NCBI RefSeq assembly: GCF_902713615.1
Contig: NC_052158.1
Span: 43,177,159-43,241,158 of the forward strand
DNA: 64,000 bases
Direction of reading: 5' to 3'
Origin: Scyliorhinus canicula
Lineage: Eukaryota
The position numbers and the translations under genes were made by a program. Numbering within the stretch: position 1 is the stretch's first letter; the number at the start of each line of letters is the position of its first letter. This document shows positions 19,829 to 32,912 of the stretch, piece by piece. Under the pieces are notes generated by a model that did not search any database, had not been told where the DNA came from, and worked only from the letters and a program-made list of their open reading frames with translations.

Positions 19829-21414
19829 CCTCCGGCCTCGTTGCGCTCTGACTTGAGTGAAATGAAGCCAGTGAATAGTGGGAGAGGCCAAAACCGAGAA
19901 CTGTGCCAGGCGCCAGACAGCTTGCGATGCAGCCGGCCCATTCGTAGGCGAAATCGAGATCTTGCCATAGCGTGGTGAGAAACCAATTATCACCACTTAA
20001 GCCCTATTTCCATACAATTAACAGGAGAGGCCCCATATCCAACAGCCTCCCGTGATTCAGGCTGTCATACTGGCGCCGATTAGAATTCCTTTTTAAAAAC
20101 ATAAATCTGGTGGAAGAGCTTCTGTGGGGAGCCGAGGGGGTGAGTAGCCATATTTACTCACAGGCAAAGATCCCGGGGATGCTGGGCTTGCCACCCCAAT
20201 GCTCAGTGGAGGTGGGCTGCCATGGGAGGGTGAGGGAGTGGCACTGGGGTAGAACAACCGGGGGAGGCAACCGCACGCAGCACCACCATGCCAACCCCTG
20301 GATCATGTGCACCTTGTCCCTCCCTGTCTGTCCCACCAACTACCCATAACCCTCACTGCCTGCCAAGGCCTCTGGGCATGTGGCTGAAGGCAATTGCGAA
20401 TAGGTAATTGGCAATGGTGATTAAGTGAGCACTTGACACAACCTAAGTGGATTCCCATGGGTGGGCGGGCCATGTAGCATGTGGGAGTCATTACCTAGTA
20501 TCCCAATCACACCTTGATGCATGGACACTGTGCTTGAAAACTGGGAGGCAACACCACACATGTAGCAGCCAACATCCGAATACCCAGGGACGGGACACAG
20601 CTCCGGGGACATGTCCATGGCTGAATGGTGGGTGAGTACCACGGGGAAGGGGAGATGCATGGAGAGATGGGCCAAGGGTTTGGAGGTCAGCCGCATTGCA
20701 GAAGAAAGTGACAGAGGCGTTATACTGGTGCACAAGGGTGTTTATTTTGTTTTACAATTTCCCACACTCCCGATGGTGCCTCCCCCCCCCCCCCCCACAC
20801 TCTTTTATTACACTCCTGTATCATCTTTTATGACACTTCTTTGTATGTTTAGATACACTACAGAGTGTAATATGTGTTACTCAAACCTTGGTTGCTTATG
20901 AGGTTTCTGAACCTTGATGAAGAAGACTCAAACTTGTCCAGCAGTAATAAAAGGTTTATTGAGTAACTCTGACAATAATTGTGTGAGTTCTTTACTTTAA
21001 CATTGATACCAGTGATAAGGTTAACTAGATCTAAATACAGTAACTATGCTTAACTACACTAACCATCTGAGCTAATCTTATACTCCTGTCCTGGTCACAG
21101 TCGACCCGAAGAGAGAGAGGCACAATGCGGTTGCATTTATACTGTTGGTCTGGCCCTCTTGTGATCATCTGGTGCTACTGATTACACATTAACTCCTTAT
21201 GTACATGCGCATAGAGATGACTACATTCCCCCCTTTTTTGTTACATATTTTCTGTATGTTGCAAAGAAAATTGAACAAACATAATGGATGTAGTTTGCAA
21301 ATGCATTACATAAAATCAATGAGTTAATCTGTCAAATGTTAATACATTCAGTCTCTTAGGTTTTTTTCCCTCCGTTTGCTTGTGGTTCAGTCCCAACAAA
21401 TCATCATGAGGTGT

Positions 21415-23767
21415 TCAAATGGTTGAATCACTTTGTTGTCTGATTTTGACTTTTTTTTCTATGGTATTGTGGTAGCAATTCTGTGTTACATCTTTGTTGT
21501 CTGACCTGGACTTTTTCCTGTGCTTGCGGTATTGATTCTGTATGTCATCTGCCTTGAAAGCTGGTTTGCTTGTTTGTTGTGGGGCAGATTTGAGTTTGCG
21601 AGATTTGTTGTCATGCCATGTTATGTTTGTACTCTTGCCATTGTTTTGGACTTTGCTGCTACATTGTCCTTCATGTGCAGAGTTGTACCATTTTGTACCG
21701 GTTGTTGCTGTTGTTTTTGTTTCTGTCATTGTCTTTGTTGTTGTTTTTGTTGTGCTTGTTGTTGTTGTTTTTGTTGTGCTTCATGTTGTAGTTTTTGTTG
21801 TTCTTGTAGTGCTCAATGACTGTTCCTTGTGGATAATTTGAGTCATTCTGAAAGTTATTGGTATCCGTGTCCTTTGTGGTACCTGATGTTTCATTGAGCT
21901 TTTTGAACTGAGGTTTGTGAGAACGATCTGATGTTGCATTGATCTTGGTGACATCAGTCATTTCTGGTTGATTTTATTCCTCTTTGCTTCCTTGGTGCTC
22001 CTCTTCTGGAGTCATTTCTGGTTGATCTGCTTCATCTGTGATCTCTTGACGCTCCTCTTCTGGAGTCATTTCAGGTTCATTTGAATCATCTTTGGTTTCT
22101 TGGTGTTCATCTTCTGGAGTCAAAATCTTCACGATTTCATGTTCTTGTGGGTAGTTGAGAGTAGATGAGGTTTTAATTGACGTGGTCTCACTGGACTCAA
22201 GAGTAGTTTTACTTTGATTGTTGAGTGCTTCTGCACATACGAGCTGAGATCTGTCAGTCTCGCTGTGATCTTGCACACGTTGTATGTCGATTGTGATAAC
22301 TGTGTTACTGTTCTCATATACAGTTGGTAGACATTCATTGTCTTGCTATTGATTACATGAGCTGGGTAGACTTTCATAGACTACTGGTTGCTCAAATAAG
22401 GTGGATAGGCCTTCATAGTCGTCTTCATGCATGGTTGGCTCTCTGGAGTCTTTAATTACTTCCATTGTGGAGTCTGTCAATTATCTCTTGGAGGAGGCTT
22501 CCACCGCTCTCTCTGTGGAGTCGTGCAGTGTTCTCTGTGTGGAGACAATCAGCACTCTCAGTGGAGTCGGTCAGTACTCTCTGCGGCGTTGTTTTTTCTT
22601 GGCTATTCGACAGGTTTCTGTCATCCAATGTTTCAACGATCTGTCATTGCATCATGGTATGAGTAGAGTCATATTGACCTTTTCAACTGTGTTGCTGATG
22701 CTATGATCATCATATCCGAATAACTCCGCCATGTCTGAGTAGTATTCTTCCATATACAAAACATCTTTTTTTGTTTCGGATTTATTGTTGTGCTCTTCAT
22801 GTTCAATGAACAAATCATCTTCTTTGGTTTTGGATTTGTCATTGTGCTCTTCACTTTGGATGCTGCAAACTGCTTGTTCCAGGGTGCTGTGCAGATTATT
22901 TTCAACTGCTGGTTGAAGTTCAGGCATTGTTCTGTCTTTCGAGGTAAAACAAATTGGAAATTGTAGCTTTAAAACTCTTATTTTTAATTTTCGGGCAGTG
23001 TTGCTTTAAGTGGGAGTGGTCTGAGTCTTCTGACGCCATGACGCTCGTGACGTAAAGCGTAGAATTGCGCATACACAAATTGATTTTCCTTTACTGTGCG
23101 CTCTTTTTGAAACTGCGCATGCGCGGCTTATTGCGCATGCGCGGAACTGTATTTTGCCATTTTACTTCTTTTAGGGAAGTGCGCATGTGCGGACTGGTCA
23201 GACTGCACACACGCAAGATGGCTGCCACTCAGAACATCCATCTTCATAAGTTTCAACCCTGCCTCTGCCTCGTGGTGAGTGTTCGCGCCATTTTTACAGA
23301 TTTTGTTTTCTAGGTAATGATTCTTTGTTTGTAAAGACTCAAAGTATTGAAAAAAAAAGTTTTTGTTCATATGCAAGGCATTTTTGTATCGCGATTTCTA
23401 ATGTTAAATCCTTTTCTTTTAAAAGTGCTTGCCTTAAACGTTCATCAGCTCTTCCATAAATTATTTGGTCCATTATCATTAAGTTTCTTAAAGCAGCAGA
23501 ATTGCAGGTATTACAGTGATCTTCAAATTTTTCGAGTACAACTTTCAATTTAGTTTAGTCTTCATCTTCCAAGTAATTAAAGGAGTTATATTTTTCTCTA
23601 GCTTCATGTCCTGCTATTTCTAGCAGCAGTGCTATTTTCTCTTCTTCAGAGATCGTGTTCAAATCATTAGCTACCATATATAATTGGAATATTTGTTGAA
23701 AAATTCTCCAGTTATCACGTAAGTTATCGGTTGTTTTCAGCTGCCGTGGAGGTCGCACATGTTCCAT
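21415..23767 (-). pseudogene. Frameshifted Gag-repeat-tail ORF of element B
   Basis: PPRQLKTTDNLRDNWRIFQQIFQLY...KIALLL, KFEDHC, DQIIYG..DERLRQALLKEKDLTLE. Tail motifs shared with A: EYYSDMAELFG..HSISNTV, QDHSETD.SQLVC.EA, ILTPEDEHQE, NDSNYP.GT. Confidence 0.85.
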
Positions 23768-23828
23768 CGAATCGGTCGGTCATCGAGGATCCATATGCTG
23801 CAAAGTCTTCCACAATCAAACCGACAGT

Positions 23829-24496
23829 ACTTAATTTTCTTTCTTTTTGTCTAACCTAATCTAACTAGTTCTTTCAAAGCCAACTGTCCTGGTACCATCT
23901 TTTATTACACTCCTGTATCATCTTTTAGTACACTTTGTATGTTTTGATATACCACGGAATGTAATATGTGTTACTCAAACCTTGGTTGCTGATGAGGTTT
24001 TCTGAATCTCAAACTTGTCCAGTAGTAACAAAAGGTTTATTGAGTAACTATAACAATAATTGCGTGAGTTCTTTACTTTAACATTGATACTAGTGATAAG
24101 GTTAACCAGATCTTAACCAGATGTTATGAACCAGACTTTTTTAAAGATCTTAAAGTAAGGGAACTTAATTTTCTTTCTTTTTGTCTAACCTAATCTAACT
24201 AGTTCTTTCAAAGCCAACTGTCCTGGTACCATCTTTTATTACACTCCTGTATCATCTTTTAGTACACTTTGTATGTTTTGATATACCACGGAATGTAATA
24301 TGTGTTACTCAAACCTTGGTTGCTGATGAGGTTTTCTGAATCTCAAACTTGTCCAGTAGTAACAAAAGGTTTATTGAGTAACTATAACAATAATTGCGTG
24401 AGTTCTTTACTTTAACATTGATACTAGTGATAAGGTTAACCAGATCTTAACCAGATGTAATGAACCAGACTTTATTAAAGATCTTAAAGTAAGGGA
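23829..24496. repeat. 334-bp tandem duplication spanning the PBS, part of the LTR and the CR1 5' junction
   Basis: Units 23829-24162 and 24163-24496, nearly identical. Confidence 0.92.
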
Positions 24497-26795
24497 ACAC
24501 TTAGGAAGCAGCGATCATAATATGGTTGAGTTCAGTCTGCAGTTTGAAAGAGAGAAGGCAAAATTGGATGTAATGGTGTTACAGTTAAATAAAGGTAATT
24601 ACGAGGGCATGAGAGAGGAACTGGTGAAAATCAACTGGAAGCAGACCCTAGCAGGGAAGACAGTAGAGCAAAAATGGCAGGAGTTTGTATGCATAATTGA
24701 GGACACTGTACAGAGGTTCATCCCCAAGAAAAGAAAGATTATCCAGGGAGGGATTAGACAGCCATGGCTGACAAAGGAGGTCAGGAAATGTATCAAAGAA
24801 AAAGAGAGATCCTATAAAGTGGCCAAAAGCACCGGGAAATCAGAAGATTGGGAAGGCTACAAAAACAAACAGAGGTTAACAAAGAGACAAATAAGGAAGG
24901 AGAGGATCAAATATGAAGGCAGGCTAGCCAGTAATATAAGAAATGATAGTAAAAGTTTCTTTCAATACATAAGAAACAAACGTCAGGCCAAAGTAGACAT
25001 TGGGCCAATTCAAACTGATTCTGGAAGGCTAGTGATGGGAGATGAGGAAATGGCTGGAGAACTTAATAAGTACTTTGCGTCTGTCTTCACAGTGGAAGAC
25101 GTTAGTAATATCCCAAAAATTATAAAGGGTCAGGGGGCTGAGTTGAGTATGGTTGCCATTACAAAAGAGATGGTGCTAAAAAAGCTAAAAGGTCTTAAAA
25201 TTGACAAATCTCCTGGCCCCGATGGGCTACATCCTAGAGTTCTGAGGGAGGTGGCTGAAGAAATAGCGGAAGCGTTGGTTGAGATCTTTCAAAAATCACT
25301 GGAGTCAGGGAAAGTCCCGGACGATTGGAAGATCGCTGTTGTAACCCCCTTGTTCAAGAAAGGATCAAGACAAAAGATGGAAAATTATAGGCCAATTAGC
25401 CTAACCTCGGTTGTTGGTAAAATTCTAGAATCGATCGTTAAGGATGAGATTTCTAATTTCTTGGAAGAGCAGGGTCGGATTAGAACAAGTCAACATGGAT
25501 TTAGTAAGGGGAGGTCGTGCCTGACGAACCTGTTAGAATTCTTTGAGGAGGTGACAAGTAGGTTAGACCAGGGAAACCCAGTGGATGTGGTCTATCTGGA
25601 TTTCCAAAAGGCCTTTGATAAGGTGCCACACAGGAGGCTGCTGAGTAAGGTGAGGGCCCATGGTGTTCGAGGTGAGCTACTGGCATGGGTTGAGGATTGG
25701 CTGTCTGACAGAAGGCAGAGAGTTGGGATAAAAGGTTCTTTTTCGGAATGGCAGCCGGTGACCAGCGGTGTCCCACAGGGTTCAGTGTTGGGGCCGCAGC
25801 TGTTCACCATATATATTAATGATCTGGATGAAGGGACTGGGGGCATTCTAGCGAAGTTTGCTGATGATACGAAGTTAGGTGGTCAGGCAGGTAGTGCTGA
25901 GGAAGTGGGGAGGCTGCAGAAGGATCTAGACAGTTTGGGAGAGTGGTGCAGGAAATGGCTGATGCATTTCAACGTGAGAAAATGTGAGGTCTTGCACTTT
26001 GGAAAAAAGAATCCAAGCATAGACTACTTTCTAAACGGTGAGAAAATTCATAATGCCAAAGTACAAAGGGATCTGGGAGTGCTAGTCAAGGATTCCCTAA
26101 AGGTAAACATGCAGGTTGAATCCGTGATTAAGAAAGCGAATGCTATGTTGTCATTTATCTCAAGAGGGTTGGAATATAAAAGCAGCGATGTGCTACTGAG
26201 CCTTTATAAGGCTCTGGTTAGGCCCCATTTGGAGTACTGTGTCCAGTTTTGGGCCCCACATCTCAGGAAGGACATACTGGCACTGGAGCGTGTCCAGCGG
26301 AGATTCACACGGATGATCCCTGGAATGGCGGGTCTAGCATATGAGGAACGGCTGGCGTTCCTGGGATTGTATTCATTGGAGTTCAGAAGGTTAAGGGGAG
26401 ATCTAATAGAAACTTACAAGATTATACATGGCTTAGAAAGGATGGACGCAAAGAAACTGTTTCCGTTAGGCGAGGAGTCGAGGACCCGTGGGCACAGCCT
26501 TAGAATTAGAGGGGGTAAATTCAAAACAGAAATGCGGAGACATTTCTTCAGCCAGAGAGTGGTGGGCCTGTGGAATTCATTGCCGCAGAGTGCAGTGGAG
26601 GCCGGGACGCTAAATGGCTTCAAGGCAGAGATAGATAAATTCTTGATGTCGCGAGGAATTAAGGGCTATGGGGAGAATGCTGGGAGGTGGAGTTGAAATG
26701 CCCATCAGCCATGATTGAATGGCGGAGTGGACTCGATGGGCCGAATGGCCTTACTTCCACTCCTATGTCTTATGGTCTTATGGTCTTATGGTCTT
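24448..26795 (+). mobile_element. Young 5'-truncated CR1 LINE inserted in the LTR of element B
   Basis: (TATGGTCT)n 3' tail at ~26765-26795; ATCT on both sides; uninterrupted ORF2. Confidence 0.95.
24522..26696 (+). CDS. CR1 ORF2 reverse transcriptase (N-terminally truncated)
   Basis: 724 aa with KSPGPDG, YRPISLTS, QHGF, DFQKAFDKV, GVPQGSVLGP, FADD. Confidence 0.93.
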   Translation: MVEFSLQFEREKAKLDVMVLQLNKGNYEGMREELVKINWKQTLAGKTVEQKWQEFVCIIEDTVQRFIPKKRKIIQGGIRQPWLTKEVRKCIKEKERSYKVAKSTGKSEDWEGYKNKQRLTKRQIRKERIKYEGRLASNIRNDSKSFFQYIRNKRQAKVDIGPIQTDSGRLVMGDEEMAGELNKYFASVFTVEDVSNIPKIIKGQGAELSMVAITKEMVLKKLKGLKIDKSPGPDGLHPRVLREVAEEIAEALVEIFQKSLESGKVPDDWKIAVVTPLFKKGSRQKMENYRPISLTSVVGKILESIVKDEISNFLEEQGRIRTSQHGFSKGRSCLTNLLEFFEEVTSRLDQGNPVDVVYLDFQKAFDKVPHRRLLSKVRAHGVRGELLAWVEDWLSDRRQRVGIKGSFSEWQPVTSGVPQGSVLGPQLFTIYINDLDEGTGGILAKFADDTKLGGQAGSAEEVGRLQKDLDSLGEWCRKWLMHFNVRKCEVLHFGKKNPSIDYFLNGEKIHNAKVQRDLGVLVKDSLKVNMQVESVIKKANAMLSFISRGLEYKSSDVLLSLYKALVRPHLEYCVQFWAPHLRKDILALERVQRRFTRMIPGMAGLAYEERLAFLGLYSLEFRRLRGDLIETYKIIHGLERMDAKKLFPLGEESRTRGHSLRIRGGKFKTEMRRHFFSQRVVGLWNSLPQSAVEAGTLNGFKAEIDKFLMSRGIKGYGENAGRWS

Positions 26796-27744
26796 ATCTA
26801 AATACAGTAACTATGCTTAACTACACTAACCATCTGAGCTAATCTTATACTCCTGTCCTGGTCACAGTACACCCAAAAGAGAGACAGAGAGAGGCAGCAC
26901 AATGTGGTTGCTTTTATACCCCTGTTGGTCAGGCCCTCGAGTGATTATCTGGTGCTACTGATTACACATTAACCCATTATGTACATGCACATAGAGATGA
27001 CTAGACCCCCCACCCTCTTCCCCCCCTCCCCCGGTGCCCTCAGTGATCCTCAACATGCTTTGTCTTCCTAGCTCTACCGCTATGTCTAGGGGTGTCCCAT
27101 CAGAGATGGAGGCAGCCAGCTGCTTACTTCATCCCTGGCGGACGTCCTCTGGGGGATCTGGGGCCAGAGGGCCCCGGCGCACTTGCCAGTGGCACATGCA
27201 CATCCGTATTGCCCTGTTCCGGGTGCTGTCTGTAAGATGCAGCCTCATCAGAGAGGTGAAGTCAGGGGAGCTGATGTCCACTGTTATGACTCCATGGGAC
27301 AAGTCCAGGTTGCCACCCAGAGCTCACAGCCACCGTCGCCTCGTCTCAGGCAGCACTGGCCCTCCATGACCCTCGAGGGATCAGGACATCACTCCTGATC
27401 TCCACTGCGTCTAGGGGCTTGATCAGATTTGCATCCCCGAATCTTGGGGCCGGTCTCCTTGGTGCCATTGTTGTGAGCTGACTGGGGTTGGCTGAGTAAG
27501 TGCTACTTAAGTGCAGCTCGACCTTGTTGGCGGGGGGGGGGGGGGGGGGGGGGGGGCAGCTGACGAGCGCAGTGCTGGCAAATCAGCTTGCGAGCCTTTA
27601 TTTGCGGCGAGAAGACCGTCAGGTCTCATTAAGTGGAACAATTAATGTTGAATAACATTGCTGGCCTTGCTGGGCCGAGCGCCAGGAAGCTCACAGCAGT
27701 TCCCGCTCGCTACCACACTTTGAAATCTTTCAGGAGAATCACTG

Positions 27745-27949
27745 CCATTGTTCTTCACCAACAGTTCAGCAGAGAGTTGTGTGAAACAATTGTTCAAGAG
27801 CAAAATGATTTTACAATTTTCTTCAAGTCCAACTATCTGACAAGTGGCATGTGCCTCTGGTACAAAGCGGTGTGAAACCAATCACAAAACATTTCCCTGG
27901 TAACTCTCTTATTAGTATAATAATGAGCAGGTAATGTCAAAATACCCTT
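27745..27949 (-). pseudogene. Tigger/Jerky-like transposase, middle piece
   Basis: GILTLPAHYYTNKRVTREMFCDWF, then FVPEAHATCQIVGLEENCKIILLLNNC...AELLVKNN. Confidence 0.8.
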
Positions 27950-30385
27950 TTATTAAAAAAATCTTATTATTGGCATTTTCAATGTTATGTACATTGATGT
28001 TCGTTTTCTTTTATTGTACAATACAAAGGTTTTAAGTCCCTCTATTTGCAGTTTGTCACCGTCTGACTCAGCGTACAATCCTCCTTACCCCAGCCCGCCT
28101 CTTCCTAACCATCCTCCCCTGATACCCTCCCTGTTTTTTCTGGGGGGGGGGGGGGAGTACCCCTTCACCTCATTTCCACCCTTTCTCCCCCCTTTCTTTT
28201 CATCCCCCCCGTCAATTTTGGCCATGTCCATCTTGTGGGTAGTGGGAGGGCTTGTCCCCTCACTCCATGTTGTTTCTTTTGTCGTTCTCAGGCTCTCTCT
28301 TCTCTGCCTCCCACTCACCCTCCTCCCGCTGGGTTGTACGTCCGTGGCGTTCCTCCTTGTCTTTGTTCTTTCTCCTCTCTAATCCTTCCAGTTCCCCTCT
28401 ACTAGCTGTTGTTGGCCTCGAACAGGTCCTGGAACAGGCCGACAAATTGCCCCCTTGCAGTAAGGAAGCCTTTCTCTGACCCTCGGATGGTGTATTTGAT
28501 CTTCTCCAGGTGATCTGCCAGCCAGTCTGCAGCTGTAGGTGGTGCTGTCGATCGCCAGCCGAGCAGGATTCTCCGGCGTGCGATTAGGAAAGTGAAAGCA
28601 AGGGGGTCGGCCCCCTTCCCCATGTGGAGCTCTGGCTGCTCTGATACCCCGAAGATTGCCACTATTGGGCATGGCTTCACCCTCACCCCCATGACCTTGG
28701 ACATTGCCTCGGAGAAGGCTGTCCAGAACCCAAGTTTGGGACATGCCTAGAACATGTGGGTGTGGTTGGACGGCCCCTCTGGCACTGTTCACATTTGTCC
28801 TCCACCTCCGGGAAGAACCTGCTCATTTGGGTTCTGGTCAGGTGCACTCTGTGCACCACTTTGAACTGCATGAGGCTGAGCCTTGCGCAGGAGGAGGTGG
28901 AGTTGGCGCTGCTCAGTGCTTCGCTCCACTTCTGTCCCCAGTTTGTCCCCCCATTTCCGTCTGGTCTCGTCCAGTGGTGTTTGTGCTCTGTCCAGTAGTT
29001 GCCCATATATTTTCCCGCAGAGTCCCTCTTTAATGTCCATGTTCATTAGGTCCTCTAATAGTGTGGGCTCCGGGGCCCTGGGTCCCCTACTGTCTCTTTG
29101 CAAAGGAAGTGCTTTATTTGTAGGTGTCTCATTTCCTGTCCTGTCGGTAGTTCCCATTCCTCCGTCAGTTTGTTAAGCGTCGCTAATCTCTTTCCTATAT
29201 AGAAGTCCCGAACTGTCAGCGTTCCCCGCCCTGTGTCCATTTTGTTAAAGGTTGTGTCTAGCATGGCTGGTGGGTTTCTGCAGATGGGGGCCATGGGGGA
29301 CATCTTGGTCAGCCCGATGTGTTGTCTTGGTTGGTTCCATGTTTTCAGTGTAGCCGCTATCACTGGGCTGGATGTGTATTTTGCCGATGGGGTTGGAGGG
29401 CTGCTGTGGCCAGGGCCCAGAGGGTTGTCCCCTTGCAAGAGGCCTCCTTCATCCGCACCCACCCCGAGTTGGGTTTGTGTACCAATCCCCTCACCCTTTC
29501 CGCTGTTGCCGCCCAGTGGTAGTATGCAGATTTGGTAATGCCAGGCCTCTCTTAATTTTCCTCCATTGCAGTGTCAGTTTTGAAATTCTTTGGTTCTCAA
29601 CCCCCACACAAACGCCATGATTAGACTGTCTACGTTTTGAAAAAAAGCCTTGGGGATGAAGATCAGTGTTGATCTAAAACAGGAAGAGGAACCTCGACGG
29701 TACATTCATTTTGATCATCTGCACTCTCCCTGCCAAGGAGAGTGGAAGTGTGTCCCATCTCTGTAGATCTTGTAGATCTACCAGGCTGGTCAGGTTCCAC
29801 TTGTGGATCTGTGTCCAGTCTCTGGCTATTTGGATCCCCAGGTAATGTAATCTGTTTTGGGCTGTTTTAAACGGGAGCCCCTTCAGCTCTGTCCCTCCCC
29901 CATTGGGGTTCACTGGGAATGCCTCACTTTTGCCCAGGTTGAGTTTGTATCCCAAGAAGGTTCCAATCTCTTTCAGGATCTGTATGATTGCTTTCAGTCC
30001 CTCCTGTGGCTTCGAGATGTATCAGAGCAGGTCATCCGCATTGAGCGAAACTCTGTGCTCCCTGTCTCCTCTTTGAATGCCCTTCCAGCATTTCGAGTCC
30101 CGCAGAGCTATCACCAGGGGTTCAAATGCTAGGGCAAACTGGAGTGGGGACAGTGGGCATCCCTGCCTTGTTCCCACTTCCAGCTAGAAGTATTCAGAGC
30201 TGGTGGTGTAAGTTCGGACGCTCCTTTGGGAGCGTTGTACAGGAGCCTCACCCAGGCGGTGAACCCCGCTCCTAGTCCAAACTGTTCCAGTACCTCGAGG
30301 AGGTATTTCCATTCGACTCTGTCGAAGGCCTTTTCTTCATCTAGGGAGACGATCACTTCTAGTGTTCTCTCCCCAGGTCGGTCCT

Positions 30386-31080
30386 TCGGGGAAAACAAGA
30401 ATCAAATATGTAAGGAGATTACAGATAGCTACCGGAAAAATCGGATGGTAATAGTAGGGAACTTTAACTTTCCCAACATTAACTGGGACAGCCATAGCAC
30501 TAGCAGGTTTGGATGGAGAGACATTTGTCGAGTATAATCAGGAAGAATTCCTCATTCAATATGTGGATGGCCCTACAAAAGAGGGGGCAAAACGTTTTTT
30601 AAAAATTTAGAATACCCAATTATTTTTTCCAATTAAGGGGCAATATAGTGTGGCCAATCCACCTAACCTGCATATCTTTGAGTTGCGGGGGTGAAACCCA
30701 CGCAGTGATGGGGAAAATGTGCAAACGAACAGTGACCCAGGGCCGGGATTCGAACCCGGATCCTCAGCGCCGTAGGCAGCAATGCTAACCACTGTGCCAC
30801 CGTGCTGCCCGAGAGGGGGCAAAACTTGACCTCCTCTTGGGGAATAAGGAAGGGCAGGTGACAGAAGTGTTAGTGAGGGATCACTTTGGGACCAGTGACC
30901 ATAATTCCATTAGTTTTAAGATAGCTCTGGAGAATGATAGTTCTGGCCCAAAAGTTAAAATTCTAAATTGGGGCAAGGCCAATTTGGATGGTATTTGGCG
31001 GGAACTTTCAAAAATTGATCGGGGGAACCTATTTACAGGCAAGAGGACAGCTGTAAGTGGGAGTCTTTCAAAAGGGTGTT
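30386..31080 (+). mobile_element. CR1 endonuclease-region fragment carrying a SINE (30594-30811, minus)
   Basis: VIVGNFNFPNINW and HFGTSDHNSISF; the SINE is flanked by TSD AGAGGGGGCAAAAC (30580-30593, 30812-30825). Confidence 0.8.
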
Positions 31081-32912
31081 AACTAGGGTCCATGCTGTAA
31101 ACATTTATGCCTCTGTGATTATTATATTCATCAGCCGCCTGATGTTCACAGTGAGCTGCCTACCCTTGACAAAGCCCGTCTGGTCCTCTGCGACCACCTC
31201 TACTACAGCTCTCCAGCCTTTTGGCCAAGACCTTTGCGAGTGTTTTCGCGTCTACATTTAGCAGCGAAATGGGTCTATATGATCCTCACTCTGCCGGGTC
31301 TGTTGTACCTTGTAAACCACAATATGTATTAACCCGTATGCGATGGACAAAATACCACAAGTTGCTTGGTACAATAATACTTTATTTCACACACCGAAAG
31401 TTAATGTCAATCAATCACACACACATACATGCTGAACTCTAAGCTAACACACTAGAAAGACCTTAACTTAACTTCCAGGTGACTGGCAAATACAGAACAG
31501 ATATGGCCTTATCTGGAATCCTGTTGTCTGGTAGTGCGGGATGTCTGTTGCTGGTCGTTTGTGTCCTTGGTTCTGGTCCCTCTGTGGATGACGTTGACGT
31601 GGGTGGTCCTCTTCTTGGCTGGTGAAGGTATCACCATTGTTGTCATCGGTGATCGAGAGAGCAAGTGGTGGGCTGCTCAGTGCCTTTTATCCCTTGGGAG
31701 TTGCATGTGCTTTTGGGCGGTCCCAGGTAAATGTCCAATCGATTGAACAGGGCTTGATCACCCTGATCAATCCCAACCAATTGAGGGTGGCCACCTCGAT
31801 AGCTGGGCGGGTCCCAGTCGGCCATGGTCGTTAGTGTCCGAGGCACGTAGACCTTTCCAAATAAGGAAAACAGACGCCACCAAGTCTTCCACATATTGTT
31901 AGTTTCTACCAGGAGCCCATTGTCCCAGGATGGCCTTTTCCCTGTGTCAGTTTCTGCAAGGTCTGGGCTGCAGCTTTTGTATGTTTGCAAGCTGCAGCCT
32001 GTCTGTGTTCTGTCTTTGACCAAATTTCCCATCGATCTTTGCGGGCGCCCATTTTAGATGGCCACATATCCATCTTCTTGATCCTTAATGTAAAGTGTGG
32101 TGGATCAGAGACTCGGACCAATACCTGCCCTGCATCCCCAGTCACCTGTCAGTCAAGTAAGGCCCTCACTCTAACATACAAGTATATTCTGCATAATACA
32201 TGAACAAAGATAACTAAACATTACATAAAAGACTTAATACAATTACTAATGTAATACAAATTTGAAAATATCCTTACTCTCATACAAAAATCAAGGAATG
32301 TTCTAACGCTAGTATTAAATTACAAAATATCGAACATAACGAAATAGTCATGATACAAGTAGATAAACAAGAGAGCCTTAATAACTTACAAAAGTCAAAT
32401 ACAAGTAAACTCAGGTACTTAGTGCAAACAAGTTTGATTCCATGGTAATCTCTTTAGTTTGGCTGAATTAAAGGAGTCCGTGTTGTAAACATGGGTCCCA
32501 TGTCCTGGCGCTTAGTGATTTTCGCTTTCCACCTTCGGAATTGAACTGTGAGGACGATGAGGTAGATTAAGGTAAACAGGATCAGGACGACAGCCAGATG
32601 TGAGAGAAGGCACACAATGGGGTGAATCTGAATGTTAGAGCCCCAATCCCAGAAATCATCCCACCAAGTGGTGGCCTTATTTTCTGCGATCTGCCGGGTG
32701 ACATCCTGGGTCTGTTGGATACTTTGGTAAACGTTTTGTGTGCTGTGGCCAATTTTTGCCTAATTTGGAGCAGCTCCTCAGGTAGGAGTCTAAGTTCAGT
32801 ATCATATTCTTTGTAATAATCCCCCAGGTTTTGCTGGAGTTTGTCAGTGGCATTGATGTCCACCCTTTTCCTTCTGGATGTCAATTAAATGTGTGAGGTC
32901 CACTCTGGCTGG

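Larger units (their letters stand above)
20801..27005 (-). mobile_element. Older Gag-only LTR element B, related to A1/A2 and inserted in a MITE-like repeat
   Basis: Left LTR 20801-21225; right LTR from 23898, split by a CR1 and resuming at ~26796-27005; PBS TGGTACCAGGA; PPT AAAAAAGGGGGGAA; LTRs visibly diverged; no clean TSD. Confidence 0.85.

Noticed and set aside
20801-27010. Target-site duplication for element B
   Set aside because: The flanks (CACAC versus CCCCC, in C-rich sequence) do not match, so the element ends are supported only by LTR homology.
27530-27558. Long G/C homopolymers and microsatellites (also 15215-15258, 58566-58612, 63916-63940)
   Set aside because: Ordinary simple repeats within transposon remnants; lengths are unreliable in assemblies.
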